64,000 nt of DNA from a virus (lineage: Duplodnaviria > Caudoviricetes): positions 64,001-128,000 of the IMG/VR virus record IMGVR_UViG_2030936005_000025. The stretch is one strand, 5' to 3'. Position 1 is the first letter of the stretch; every line of letters starts with the position of its first letter. The translations under genes were made by a program, and so were the position numbers. Shown here one piece after another: positions 17,801-29,700 of this stretch. The notes beneath the pieces were generated by a model. The model made no database searches and had not been told where the DNA came from. It was given only the letters and a program-made list of their open reading frames with translations.

Positions 17801-20800
17801 TTAGTTAACGAAATTCGGTTTCGCTGCAGTCCATTGAGGAGTATCGTCACTGAAATAGAGGTGAGCGGTTACTTTGTTCACATTCCATTTCGACAAGTCC
17901 TGGTTGAACCCACGACAACTGGTAAACATGCTTGTCATGTTAGTGACCGAGGTCGTGTCCCAGTTTCCAATATTACTATTGAATGCAGGAGTCAGACCAA
18001 ACATCGCTGCCATGCTGGTTACGCTACTTGTCACCCAGGTAGTGATATCCTGGTTAAACAGCTGGGCACTATAGAACATACCGTTCATCAGTTTAGCAGA
18101 ACGTGTATTCCACTTGTTGATCAAGCCGTTAAATACTTTCGCATTGTTAAACATGTCAGAGAAGTCAGTAACGCTTGATACATCCCACAGATTAAGCGTG
18201 CGATCAAACTTACCGGTGTTACGGAACATCTGACGCATCGTTGTCGCGAAGGAAGTATCCCAACCACCGATATTGGCATTGAAGTTAGTTGCACCGAAGA
18301 ACATGTCACTGAACTTGCTGACGTTCCCGGTATCCCAAGTATCAATCCCTTTACCAGTGAAGAAGGTTGCGTTCTCGAACATTGAGTCGAACGAGATCCC
18401 AACAACATCACTGAACTTCCACCCAGAGACAGAACCGTTGAACGTAGAGTTCAAGAACATCTCAGAGAAGTCGGTACAGTTATTGAAGGTTACATTCGGA
18501 ATGTCGATCTGGAACTTGGTCGTATTAGCGAACATACGGTTCACCTGCAACACGTTGCTACCATCCCAGCTCTCGAGGCTCTGATTAAAGTTCAGGGTTG
18601 ATTCAAACATACTGGTCTGAATCGCCTGTGGACCAAAGCTCCAACCTTCTACTGGACAGTTAAAACCAGACAACATGAACATACGTGTCATGTCGGTGAC
18701 TTTAGCAGGCTTCCAGTTGTTCAAGTTGAATGAACCATCTGCACCAAACAAGGTAGTGTTGTAGAACATCTCGAACATGGTGGTTGCATTGCTAACAACC
18801 CAAGCACCCAGATTACGCGCAAACTTCACAGCGTTATAGAACATACCAGAGAAGTCTGTAACACCAGACACATCCCATGATGCCAAGTTGGCGTTGAACG
18901 ACGTTGCGTTAGCAAACATACGTTTCATGAACTGCGCTGCGGTGGTGACCCAGCTACTGATGTCAATGTTGAATGCAGTTGCATTCTCAAACATCGAGGT
19001 GTAATCATTACCTGAGGTGACTTTCCACTTACTGATGTTGCCGTTAAACGCTGTAGCATTCATGAACATCTGTGCGAAGTTACTCACACGGATAACATCC
19101 CAGGTGCTCAAGTCTTGACTAAAGATCGAACAACCATAGAACATGTTCTTCATGTTGCGACAGTTACTGAGTTTCCATGTTCCCATCGGTTGGTTGTACT
19201 TAACACAGCCACTGAATGCACCTTCAAGTGTTTCCACTGAAGTGGTGTTCCATGCAGTCAGGTTCTGGTTAAAGTTAACCGCACCTTTAAAGATGTTGGA
19301 CATGTCAGTTACACCGCTCACATTCCAGGTGTCTAACCCGGTATAGGAAGCAGCCGTACTATTAGCAAACATTCCCGCCAATGAAGTAAAGCGAGTAGGC
19401 AGTGGAGCCGAGATAGCAAACGCAGAAGACCCAGCAAAGTTCATGGCAGTGATACTGTTACCAATTTGTTTCAGCTCACTTAAACCATTCGCCCATACCA
19501 GAGACTTCATCCCTGTGATGGCAACCGTTACTACACCGGTATAAGAACTCGGGATAGTAAAGGTACCACCACCGGTATAAGTCTGTGCAACGTTGTTTAC
19601 TGTGATCTTGATGTTGGTGCCATCACTCACAGGAACTGCACGACTCTTCGCTGTATCCCACGTCATGATCGTTGGTTTAGCGGTTAAGAAGAATCGGTTA
19701 ATCGGCACACCTGAACCGTACACACCCATGAACGCTGGGAAAGATGAACCGTACCCATAGAAGTTCATGCGCTTGCCATCAACGACAGGCAACAGGTCAT
19801 TACGCCAACCATCTGGGTCATAGTGGTAGAAGATTTGATCCTTCAAGAAACCACATGGAACAATACCGGAGTTCGGTTCTGTTTCATAACCTTGCGGATT
19901 GTATTTGTGACCGTAAAGCACAGCACCGTCCGACATCGTACTGGTACCGCTTGACGTTGACTCGTAGAGCTTGATGAAGAGTTCATCACTACCCTGGAAG
20001 TTCTTCGCCGGTGCACTGATTGGTCCTTTAACGTAAACGCTGGAACCACCTGCGGTGATCACCGACCCAACAGGATAGATAGGTGTGCCCTCTATACTGT
20101 TCATCAACCCACCGTGAACAATCACCGTACCGATAGACTGGGAATAAAGCGCATACTCACCGGGTGTCTTACGGAAACTCCACATTGACTTCTTCAGCAT
20201 CACTGGCGTCTGATAGTTGATATGGAATTGTTGCGGTGTCTTAGTTCCGTACATGGTCAGTGCGTCATAATCGATCGCATAACCGTTGTTAGCGGAATAA
20301 GGGAACACAGGGTTGACTGCGTTTGTCTTCGGTCCAAAGGTTACTGTTCCTGTTGAACTGTCGATACTCAGATCAAATTCGAAATAGAAGTTATTGAACG
20401 GAGCCAAGTTTAACATCGCTTGATACGTGTTCTTGGTGCCGGTCTTATCCATCAACATCAGGTAAACGTCGGTAGCTTTGAATTCATCCCATCCAACGAT
20501 GTTGAGGTTACTCACATTCAAACTTGCTGCTTTGTTCACTTTAAGTGGGAACGCCGCACCACTGTCAGCCACATTACCTGTGATCTTAACTGTGCGAGTA
20601 TCGCCTTGAACGTCGATGTACGCATTCTTGATATAACCGTAATACGCATCGGTACCATCAGCTTTAATCTCTTTCGCTGAGATGGTCTGAGAAACCCAGA
20701 AAATCACCCCTTTAAAATAGAAGAACTGACGATGGTTCTGCACCCAACCACCACCGTTCTGCGCAACGTACGCAGTGATGGACTGATCCAGGGTAGTGGG

Positions 20801-22870
20801 ATCCAAGAACTGCAAAGGCGTTTGGATGTTACTGGTGTCGTAGGCATAACGACCGTACCCTTTGAAACTGTTTTGGTTGTTAAACACCAAACAGGAGTTT
20901 TCAAAGTTAGTGGCATCTGCATCATTACTGATAACAAATGACGGTACATTAACTGTGGTATCTTCGATCCAGGTTGTGCCTTGACGCCATGGTCCATGAT
21001 GATGACCAGTCGGTGTTAACAGTTCTGGCGCGTCATCCAACTCACAGCGGGCCACCGCCCAACGATAAGCATGCGTCCAGTCACGAGACAGTGTCAGGTA
21101 ATCAATCTGATTTCCGATTACGTTCAGTGGGATATGACGAAGGTGATCCCCATACAGTCCATCTTGGTTCAAGTTAGACATTTGGGTGTACTGGTATTTC
21201 ACCAACACAGGTTTGATCGTATCACCATCGGCTAACCAATCATCCACACCAGTAACGTTGTGCTGATAGTAACCCACATACTGACGGTTATAGAAGGTGT
21301 ACGTTTTAATGTGACCACCTTGTGCATCAAAGATCCCATCAAACACCATTGGGTGGAAGATATCGTCTTTAACGTTTCCGCCATACTGAACGAAGCGCCC
21401 TGCTTTATCCAAATCCAGATTGTCATTTAACGTCTGGATGTTACTGGTGATGTCACGCAGAGAGCTCACAGTGATGTTCACAGACTTCGCTGTATCATTT
21501 TCAGCTACCAGGAACGACAAGTCCATGTAGTAGTTGTTGTAATGTGCGTTGTCTTTGGTCCAGAATCCTAACCCTACACGCAGTGCGAAATCACCCTTCA
21601 GACGGTTACGCCAAGTAAAGGCAACTTTACTAACACGATCAGCATTGAACGCAGTACGAAGCGATGCAAGCTGAGCATCCGTGTAGTTGAGGATATCGCG
21701 CAGACGAATCATGATAGCGTTAGGTTTACCATCACGTTTCAACGCTTTAACTTTCGCTGACCCACTTACGGTGAAGTTTAAGGTCGGATAGTTATCCTCA
21801 ATGTAGGCTGTAGTTTCTGCACGGTTACCTGGACCTTTCTTAGCGTCAATTCCCGCCTCACTGAAGCTGTAAACGTTTAACTCGATCACCAGGTATAAGT
21901 CAGCGCCTTTACCTTCCAGGTCCGCATACACGCCTGTGGTGATGATATTGTAAACGTACTTCTCGCGTACCTCGACAATACCCTTCCAGTTGTTCGTCCA
22001 CTTCCCACTGTTTGACAAGACATCAAACGGTAAACGATAGCGGTTGTATCCACGCACCCCGACCATGTTACTTTCAACATAACCTACGGAGTGTTTATCG
22101 AACATGTGAGAAGAACCTTTTACCAGAATGTTCTCTGGTTCAAAGTTACTTTCCCCACGCAGATGTGAAGGTCGAGAACGACGCACATCAATGTTCTTGT
22201 TATAGATACGCACGTTGGTACCACCGAACTGGGTACTCGCGCGTTTAGCACGACCCGCATCCGCAGTAACCTGAGTTAACACGTCGCTGCCGTTCATAGA
22301 GGGCAGGATAAATGTCCCGCTGTCTGAACGGAACTGCCACGGTGTTTCGCTAAGGTAATAAAGAGGATCTTTGAACGACTGAATGACTTCGCCTTCACGC
22401 CAGTCAAATGGCCATTGTGGAATACTCCCCAACGTACCGCCTGATGCGATAGGAATTAAACGACCTTTGATGTACTTACTCGGGTCGATAGTCAGTCGTG
22501 CTTCGATCATGGCTTTCAAGCCAGCGGGATTCGCATAAACATCTTGCAGAACGCCTGCGACATGTTCATCTAGCGTACCCATGCGCCAGTTGTTTACCAA
22601 ATCCAATCCAACGGTCTTTTTAGTCTCGCCGTGGATAGCGCCTTTCTTACTGGTGTGAGCCAGTAAGGCAGCATCCATATCCATGACGTACTGATCCAAC
22701 ATTTGGTTAATGTTGTCCGTTGCCGTATCAACCTTTTCCTGTATGTCCGAAATCTCACCGCGATTTTCAATACGAGCATTATGAATGCCGATCATCGCGT
22801 TCAATACGGATCCCAGGTAATCCTCACGTTCATCCGGATTCGGTAATGCTTTACTCGGATCTACGTACAT
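17801..22870 (-). CDS. Tail-fibre-like protein, 1689 aa, with C-terminal BspA/DUF285 repeat domain
   Basis: N-terminal fibre module HTSKKGAIHGETKKTVGLDLVNN shared with neighbours; about 20 repeats of about 25 aa (WDVSxVTDMSxMFxxAxxFNxxI). Confidence 0.8.
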   Translation of the reverse strand: MYVDPSKALPNPDEREDYLGSVLNAMIGIHNARIENRGEISDIQEKVDTATDNINQMLDQYVMDMDAALLAHTSKKGAIHGETKKTVGLDLVNNWRMGTLDEHVAGVLQDVYANPAGLKAMIEARLTIDPSKYIKGRLIPIASGGTLGSIPQWPFDWREGEVIQSFKDPLYYLSETPWQFRSDSGTFILPSMNGSDVLTQVTADAGRAKRASTQFGGTNVRIYNKNIDVRRSRPSHLRGESNFEPENILVKGSSHMFDKHSVGYVESNMVGVRGYNRYRLPFDVLSNSGKWTNNWKGIVEVREKYVYNIITTGVYADLEGKGADLYLVIELNVYSFSEAGIDAKKGPGNRAETTAYIEDNYPTLNFTVSGSAKVKALKRDGKPNAIMIRLRDILNYTDAQLASLRTAFNADRVSKVAFTWRNRLKGDFALRVGLGFWTKDNAHYNNYYMDLSFLVAENDTAKSVNITVSSLRDITSNIQTLNDNLDLDKAGRFVQYGGNVKDDIFHPMVFDGIFDAQGGHIKTYTFYNRQYVGYYQHNVTGVDDWLADGDTIKPVLVKYQYTQMSNLNQDGLYGDHLRHIPLNVIGNQIDYLTLSRDWTHAYRWAVARCELDDAPELLTPTGHHHGPWRQGTTWIEDTTVNVPSFVISNDADATNFENSCLVFNNQNSFKGYGRYAYDTSNIQTPLQFLDPTTLDQSITAYVAQNGGGWVQNHRQFFYFKGVIFWVSQTISAKEIKADGTDAYYGYIKNAYIDVQGDTRTVKITGNVADSGAAFPLKVNKAASLNVSNLNIVGWDEFKATDVYLMLMDKTGTKNTYQAMLNLAPFNNFYFEFDLSIDSSTGTVTFGPKTNAVNPVFPYSANNGYAIDYDALTMYGTKTPQQFHINYQTPVMLKKSMWSFRKTPGEYALYSQSIGTVIVHGGLMNSIEGTPIYPVGSVITAGGSSVYVKGPISAPAKNFQGSDELFIKLYESTSSGTSTMSDGAVLYGHKYNPQGYETEPNSGIVPCGFLKDQIFYHYDPDGWRNDLLPVVDGKRMNFYGYGSSFPAFMGVYGSGVPINRFFLTAKPTIMTWDTAKSRAVPVSDGTNIKITVNNVAQTYTGGGTFTIPSSYTGVVTVAITGMKSLVWANGLSELKQIGNSITAMNFAGSSAFAISAPLPTRFTSLAGMFANSTAASYTGLDTWNVSGVTDMSNIFKGAVNFNQNLTAWNTTSVETLEGAFSGCVKYNQPMGTWKLSNCRNMKNMFYGCSIFSQDLSTWDVIRVSNFAQMFMNATAFNGNISKWKVTSGNDYTSMFENATAFNIDISSWVTTAAQFMKRMFANATSFNANLASWDVSGVTDFSGMFYNAVKFARNLGAWVVSNATTMFEMFYNTTLFGADGSFNLNNWKPAKVTDMTRMFMLSGFNCPVEGWSFGPQAIQTSMFESTLNFNQSLESWDGSNVLQVNRMFANTTKFQIDIPNVTFNNCTDFSEMFLNSTFNGSVSGWKFSDVVGISFDSMFENATFFTGKGIDTWDTGNVSKFSDMFFGATNFNANIGGWDTSFATTMRQMFRNTGKFDRTLNLWDVSSVTDFSDMFNNAKVFNGLINKWNTRSAKLMNGMFYSAQLFNQDITTWVTSSVTSMAAMFGLTPAFNSNIGNWDTTSVTNMTSMFTSCRGFNQDLSKWNVNKVTAHLYFSDDTPQWTAAKPNFVN
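17850..19340 (-). repeat. About 20 tandem ~25-aa BspA/DUF285-type protein repeats
   Basis: Counted by hand from TWNVSGVTDMSNIF to SKWNVNKVT; degenerate at DNA level. Confidence 0.85.
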
Positions 22871-22888
22871 GAACTACTCCTGAAAATA

Positions 22889-22909
22889 AAGGGGAGAAGT
22901 TCTCCCCTT
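22889..22909 (-). terminator. Hairpin between fibre genes
   Basis: aaggggaga-agt-tctcccctt. Confidence 0.55.
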
Positions 22910-22913
22910 CTTA

Positions 22914-25900
22914 TTAATTATCGTAAAGCTCACTACGAGACAGGAACTTATACGTACCCTGTTCAGTAATGGATCCAGATGATACCGGGACACCCATATC
23001 ACGCGTACGTGTTAATGGGAAACCTGAGATACTGAAGCTTTGACGACGATCGATGGTAACAATGCCGAAATCATCAGTGGTAATGATCGCAACAAGAACA
23101 TGTCCAGCATTGTGATTACGTAAGATCTTGGTAATCTCATAGATCGCCATTGAACCGTTCATAACACAGTACATGTAGAACTTCTGGTTACGATACACAT
23201 CGGTAAGGTCACGCAGATCCCAGTTGGTTGCTTTCGCAATCATGTTCTGACCGTTAAAGGTAACGGAGATATCGGCGTTAACAAACAGTGACCAGTTACC
23301 CTCAACATACGTTGCACCGTACATAACTAACCAAGGTGCAGGAATCGTTGTCGGCTGATAAATGTCTGTACGACCATCCCAAGGCATCTGCAAGTTCATT
23401 GCAGCACCTGACCAGTTCGCACCCACACCGGCAAGCCAACCCAACTGAGCATTGGCACACAGCTGCCAAGAATACTCATAGTTAAATGCTTGACCTTGTC
23501 GTGTTCCCACAGTGGCTTCAGTGATTCCATTCTTACGACGGCGGAAGATCACGCGGTTAGTTGTACCGTTACCCGAGATCTGTAACTGTAAGCCAGAGAA
23601 CCAGGCGATCTCCATGTTCTGGGCTCCCTCACTTTCGAAGTCTAATACTTCTGTGTGACGGAACTTGGTTTGGAGTCCACCGGTATACGTGATGTTCCAT
23701 TGGTTATTGATATCAAGCGTAGCCCAGTTATTGGCCAGAATGTTTGAATCGTTACCAGGGTTCAGTTTAGAGTTGACAAACTGAGTAGTGGTAAATGGAT
23801 ATTGCATCCCCACCACTTTCAGAACACGGATACCATCAGCACCAGTTGAAGCCACATCCCAAGTAAACGTACCAACGATCATGCGGATAGACGAAGGGCT
23901 ACCCGTGAGGTGATATGTCGCTGACCAGAAGGAGAAGACCTGATCACCACCTGTACCCGGTTGTCCACCAATATAGAAGTCAACGCAAAGGTCAATCAGG
24001 CTATTGGCATGTGAGCCCAATGCGGACATCACCATGTCAAGATAAACAGAACGTGGAATACGAACTTGTTTAGCTTTATTAGGGCGGGCATTCAAGAACT
24101 TACCAACGGTATCGAGAGTGTAGTCCATATCAAGGTTGATGATGATACTGTTATCTGACTCGGTGGTAATGTCTTTCATGATCCCATTGGCATCGGCTTG
24201 TTGTGTCCAGTTAAACGGAGCACCTGGGCTACGATGGATACCTTTACGCCACCAACTGAATCCTGTACCTGCTTTACTCTGTGCGGTCTTACGACCTGGT
24301 CGGTTGGTAAAGAATGTGTTCACATTCATACCGGTACACTGACCAAAGTTGGAGTTCGTCTTACGACCACGGATAGGGAAAGGAATGTAATCAGATTGCA
24401 GAGAAGAACGCTGATCATAACCATCGTCCGTTCCACCTTCAGTAATACGATAGAAGGTCTGCTGAGTCTGTGCTTCATTTTCAGCGGTAAAGATTTCAAT
24501 CGGATACTGACGCACACCGGTGGTCAATGCATACAAATCAGAGAACGCACGTGGGAATCCTGCCACACCAAACGGTGACTTCATTCGGAATGGAACCTGC
24601 CACAGTGATCTTAAACCGGCATCACTGGTCCAGTGGTTAGGATAGAACATGTATTCATAGTCCCTGTCCTTATTCCCATCACGGTTAATCTGCCAAGTAC
24701 GGAAGTTATACGGTGGTGTGCCTGTCTGGTCACTTCGCATAGCGATCGCACCAAAACCAGCAAGATAGGTGATACAGGTATTAACATACCCAATCCACAT
24801 CCCATCAATGTCACCAGCGACAATGTAGTCACTCTGTTGCTGAGTTAATCCAACGTACTTACCGGTGCCACCTGTGGTGTCAACCATGTCACCCGTTGGC
24901 ATACTCCATGTACTTGCCAGTGTCAAGATGTTATTCTCGACATCCCAATCATAGTTAATGATGATATAGAAACCTGCTGAACGCTGGTCTGGGGTATTCG
25001 CATACGGAGAGATCATCAACTTGAGACGTGCAAGTTTCGGGTTGTTCGGGTTAGGAACAATGATCCAACCTTTCTTACGGTTCAGGTAACATTGTTTAAC
25101 CGGGGAGTTGAACTTTATCCCATATTCAGTAGCCAGCGTTTTTGTTGCGTCAGTAAACTGCATACGCTGAGGAATAAAGGTGTTCTTGCCAGTACGACGT
25201 TCACGCCACAGTGTGTCGTAAGTCACGTTAACACGGGTAAAGGTGATAGACGTTTTACTGTCATCGTTTAAGTCCGCATATGGGAAGCGGAACATCACGG
25301 TCTGCCAGTGGTCAGCGGCGAAACTGTTTGAGTAGTTAGCTTCATCATCACCTTGGAAGGAAGAGGCGTCAGCAAACAGATAAACCCAGTTACCCACTTT
25401 AGAGATCTTGTACGTACCTGGACGCATCAAGCTACCGGTCAGGGATTGAACCTGATTAAGAACCGCTGTCATATTGACAGGCTTCATGGTGTGACTTGAA
25501 GGGTCAAAGGTTGAGTTAGCCGCACAGATCCACCAGTTACCGTCACCCAGGATAGCAGGACCCGTTGGGTCAGGAACGTTGCCCACCATGAGGACAGTAC
25601 CGTCAGAACCATCAATCACGTAGTTCGGTGTCTTACCGGCTGCGGTGATAACAGGGTGCTGATACTGAACATAAGTATCTTGCCACGGTGTACGGTTTGG
25701 ATCACGGTCAGTCATGTCAGTCTTGTAGGCATAATACAAGTTCTTAACACGACCATCAAAAGCACGGAACAAACACACCAACCAACCATTACCTTCCAGG
25801 TTCATGGCAGAGTTTTCTGAGTCACCACCCAGTCCTTCAAAGGAACCGGTAATCGGAGGAGGAAGATAAATTCCTGAACCGTAATAGGTGAACGGCAGTT

Positions 25901-26711
25901 CTGCTTGAACCACAAAGTTTTCTGTCACAGGCTGTGTTTCAGAAATCAGACGGTTAAGACCTTTAGGAGTAGAATACAGATCGCTACGAGTTGCTTCTGC
26001 ATCTTGCTGAGGAGTCGCCAGGAAATAGTTGGAGAGTTTATCTGCATCAACATCTGCCGGCACAACACCGTGTGGGTTGTTGTAATCACGAACGTGTTTC
26101 ATGATCGCACCCCACTTCAGTTTCTGAATATAGTCTAAACGGTTATACATCTCCGTCTGGACTTTTTCCAGTAACTCAACAGCACGACCACTGTCAGTAA
26201 TCTGCGTATTGGTGAACAGGGTAAAGAGTTCGACCAGTCCACCAAAACCTACCAGCTCATTCGGGTTCTGAATGTCGTGAGAGTGCAGAGCAGGCCAAAC
26301 ACTACCCGGCTTGTTTCCTACCTGGGTATCCCAATCCACAGGTTTACCCGAGATGACCATGTCTTCAAGCATCTGAAGTAATGTCTTAACAGAAATAACA
26401 GGTTTACCGACTTGCTGGTAAATAACAGTTACTTCTCCTTTACTTGCAAGAATGTCATCAGCAAGTTCAACATACAGACAGACGGCACGGCCGGTTAGCT
26501 TTGTTAAATCAGTAACATCGGATACAGCTTTAAACTTGTCAGAATCAATATCCAACCCACCTTTAAGCACTCGAAGAGAGTCCTTATAGAAAGGTCCTTC
26601 TTCAGGGACAATCCAAGGTGAGGAGATTTTGGATAAATCGACATCGTCTTCTTTCTTATACTCAGCGTTCTTCCCCGAGTAATCGATATCGATTAATTGA
26701 ATATCTTTCAT
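22914..26711 (-). CDS. Tail fibre / baseplate-attached virion protein, 1265 aa
   Basis: HVRDYNNPHGV module; PPPITGSFEGLGG and C-terminal module paralogous to 26771-30490. Confidence 0.75.
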   Translation of the reverse strand: MKDIQLIDIDYSGKNAEYKKEDDVDLSKISSPWIVPEEGPFYKDSLRVLKGGLDIDSDKFKAVSDVTDLTKLTGRAVCLYVELADDILASKGEVTVIYQQVGKPVISVKTLLQMLEDMVISGKPVDWDTQVGNKPGSVWPALHSHDIQNPNELVGFGGLVELFTLFTNTQITDSGRAVELLEKVQTEMYNRLDYIQKLKWGAIMKHVRDYNNPHGVVPADVDADKLSNYFLATPQQDAEATRSDLYSTPKGLNRLISETQPVTENFVVQAELPFTYYGSGIYLPPPITGSFEGLGGDSENSAMNLEGNGWLVCLFRAFDGRVKNLYYAYKTDMTDRDPNRTPWQDTYVQYQHPVITAAGKTPNYVIDGSDGTVLMVGNVPDPTGPAILGDGNWWICAANSTFDPSSHTMKPVNMTAVLNQVQSLTGSLMRPGTYKISKVGNWVYLFADASSFQGDDEANYSNSFAADHWQTVMFRFPYADLNDDSKTSITFTRVNVTYDTLWRERRTGKNTFIPQRMQFTDATKTLATEYGIKFNSPVKQCYLNRKKGWIIVPNPNNPKLARLKLMISPYANTPDQRSAGFYIIINYDWDVENNILTLASTWSMPTGDMVDTTGGTGKYVGLTQQQSDYIVAGDIDGMWIGYVNTCITYLAGFGAIAMRSDQTGTPPYNFRTWQINRDGNKDRDYEYMFYPNHWTSDAGLRSLWQVPFRMKSPFGVAGFPRAFSDLYALTTGVRQYPIEIFTAENEAQTQQTFYRITEGGTDDGYDQRSSLQSDYIPFPIRGRKTNSNFGQCTGMNVNTFFTNRPGRKTAQSKAGTGFSWWRKGIHRSPGAPFNWTQQADANGIMKDITTESDNSIIINLDMDYTLDTVGKFLNARPNKAKQVRIPRSVYLDMVMSALGSHANSLIDLCVDFYIGGQPGTGGDQVFSFWSATYHLTGSPSSIRMIVGTFTWDVASTGADGIRVLKVVGMQYPFTTTQFVNSKLNPGNDSNILANNWATLDINNQWNITYTGGLQTKFRHTEVLDFESEGAQNMEIAWFSGLQLQISGNGTTNRVIFRRRKNGITEATVGTRQGQAFNYEYSWQLCANAQLGWLAGVGANWSGAAMNLQMPWDGRTDIYQPTTIPAPWLVMYGATYVEGNWSLFVNADISVTFNGQNMIAKATNWDLRDLTDVYRNQKFYMYCVMNGSMAIYEITKILRNHNAGHVLVAIITTDDFGIVTIDRRQSFSISGFPLTRTRDMGVPVSSGSITEQGTYKFLSRSELYDN

Positions 26712-26730
26712 CTAAACCTCGATAAATAAA

Positions 26731-26760
26731 TAATAGAGCGATCAAAAGATCGCTCTATTA
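26731..26760 (-). terminator. 13-bp perfect stem hairpin
   Basis: taatagagcgatc-aaaa-gatcgctctatta. Confidence 0.75.
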
Positions 26761-26770
26761 GTTTTTATTG

Positions 26771-29700
26771 TTATGAAATGAAATCAGTGTCAAGCAGAAT
26801 GGTTGAAGTGTCACCGATATCAAACAGAGAACCTGAAGATGCCAGAATAGCAGAACCTTCACGCTTCGCTGATATTTGTGCTCCGTCCATTGTGAAACGA
26901 TTATACGGCTCAATACGATCGATCTGAGTCGGGCCGCAATAAACAGTACCAATCAATGCCTGGGAACTGGATTCAGGACGAACATCCTTGGTGATGTTAT
27001 AAACACCTTGCCCACCTGAGTATTGCAAATAGATGTAGTACTTCTTGTTTGCAGGACTGCTATCAAGCGTCAAGATATCAATATAGGTTGCAGGAATGTC
27101 ATACATTTTTCCGGCAATCAATACATCGTTCGCATTCTGGAAGTACACCGTGTATTGTGGTGTCAGAATGTTACTCATCCCAATGGCACTGGTTCCGTTG
27201 TATGTGTTGCCCGCAAACTTATCATAGATATTGCCCGTGGTATCGAAGATATCGGAAGCTAATGCCGCACCTTCAAAGATATAAGCATTAGGAAGTGCTG
27301 CACCGACACCGTTGTACGGGTTAACAACCATGAAGTTATCTGGACCCCACACTGCTGCATCACGGAAATCAAGCTTGGTCATTTCTGTACCAGCGGCATT
27401 GATTTCAAAGTGCACCTGCATCGGTCGACTGTTGCCTTGATACATATGCTGCGCAATGCCCTGCATGAATCCATAGTAACCCGTGTTGTCGTAAGTAGAT
27501 CCACGATCCCACGCTTTGTATGGAATCCCGATACCATTAGCGTACGCGTTACCAGAAGTAGCACCATAATAAGTGTGAGTGATCGTATTGGTATTGGTTG
27601 CATTAACCTTACGGGTGATCTTAACAGGCGAGAGAACAGTGATCTCGCAATCAGCATAATACTGATAACCGTCTTTTGTCACCGCAGTTCCTTTGGGAGC
27701 GACTGTGGTAACAATGCCTGCATAATACAAGTCAGGCATACGAGGTGAGAGGAAAGTCCATACTGCATGCCAAGTTCCGTTCGGTGCTTGATAATGGTGA
27801 ACTTGATAAGTTTCCAATACCTGCTCTTGGGTAAATCCTTGAGCAACCAACAATGGAACCAAGGTACGGATGATCGCAGGAATCACGTTGTATGCAGTCA
27901 CCACCTGAATGGTAGGAACATTATCAACAATCTTCATCTGAGAGTCATACGGCCAGATTCCATCACCACGACGTTTGCCTACTCCATTTGGATCAGTAGG
28001 ATTAGTAGGTGCTTTTCCGTCAATACGCGTGTCACTGTTACAACCCAACATTCTGCGGAAGACGTCTTTGGCATTTACGCCAGCGCGGGGATAATGCGTT
28101 CCCAACATGTACCATTGACCAATATCAGTAAGTACTCCGGATGGAGTAAACGGATAGTTCTGGAAACTCTTTCCTTGGAACGTGGATTGCTGAGACGGTT
28201 TAACATGCTGGAAGTTACTGTCCAGGAACGGCGTGTAACGGAAGTACCAACGCAGACCGACACCAGGGATACCCTGTGTTCCGATGATACACGCTTTGGT
28301 GTAGTCATCACTGTCAGCACAAACTAAACGCTGGTTAGCCCACAATGTTCCCATCCCCAATGGGTTCGTCTCATTAAACATCAGGCGGTCGTAAACAACA
28401 TCCCAAGGACCTGACTGAGGTGATTCTAACATCTTCTCAGCAGACTCTAAATAACGAGCACGGACAATAGCATAAGCAGGTGGGAAGGCGGTATTACCAA
28501 ATCCTTGAGTAAAGGAAATGTAAGCACCGGTCAGAGCAGCAGAACCCGTGTTATCCAAAGCAGACGGATAATAGGTAGATGCGTTCATGACATAACGGTT
28601 GTAGTTATCCCATTCCTTCTTACCACTGACTTGACCACCCACTGTGGTATCGACTGTATAAATTTTATCAAAACCCGGTGCCGGTGTGACATCGATTGTG
28701 AAGTCCGCACCATTACGGGTAATCTTAAAGGAACCTGCCCAGGTACTCCAGCCTTGGAAGTTTACTGTATTGTATCCAATGTTGTTATTCGCCACTTCAA
28801 TACGAACAGCGAACTCACCCAATGTCCCCTTACCTAACCAATAAGCATTAGGGTCTCGGAATGCCCAGCAACCATCAATGGGAGGATCATACACTGCGAA
28901 GTGAGAGGTACAAACACGTTTACCATTAATGTTCTCATACTTCGGCGCATACGGCATAAAGTAACTGTCGTTAGCATTACCCCAAAGCGGATGATTGAAG
29001 TTAATGTGAGCACGTTTGATTGTGCCTGACTTCCCGGCCACGATGTTGATGCTGTACGCAATACGCTGTAGCGGGTAGTTGTTCCAGGCACCGTAACCTA
29101 ATGTCTTCCATTCAGGGAAAGCTGACGGACGGCGTTCTGCAAATTCAGGCGCACGATAAGCCTGAACGATACCCCAGTAGTCAGCGTAGTTTGCATCCGC
29201 AATAACGTTTGCACCATCCACGTTGTTATAAATATCGGCTGGGTTAATGTTCCCCACGATATCCTGGGTTACCCATTCACCGGAAAGTGGAATCAGAACG
29301 TGACGATCTGGGTTAAAGGTTCCTTTGGTTTCACACCACCACCACAGATTTTTGATGCTGTCACCCACAACCATAACGTATTTGTTAGAACCATTAATAA
29401 TGGAGTCCAACGTAGCACCGGCTGCGGTTGCAGTAGGATGCTGATACAGGTAGGAAGTGAAGTCATAGACCGCATCTTTAGCTTGCCAGTTACGGCAGCG
29501 GATGAAATACAGACCACGATACTTACCGTTGTTACGGTGATTCAGAATCAACAACGTACCATCAGTTTCGATGATCGCCCCACCACGACGTGATGACCCA
29601 CCTAACCCTTCAAAGCTTCCTGCAATTGTCGGTGGGATAAAGGTATCCGAACCGTAACGCAGAATAGGAAGTGAACCCGATGGGAACAGTTTATCGTTAC

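Noticed and set aside
17850-19340. Possible CRISPR array or DGR variable repeats in the repeat region
   Set aside because: Repeats are conserved at protein level and degenerate in DNA; no identical direct repeats, no template-repeat pair and no reverse transcriptase in the window
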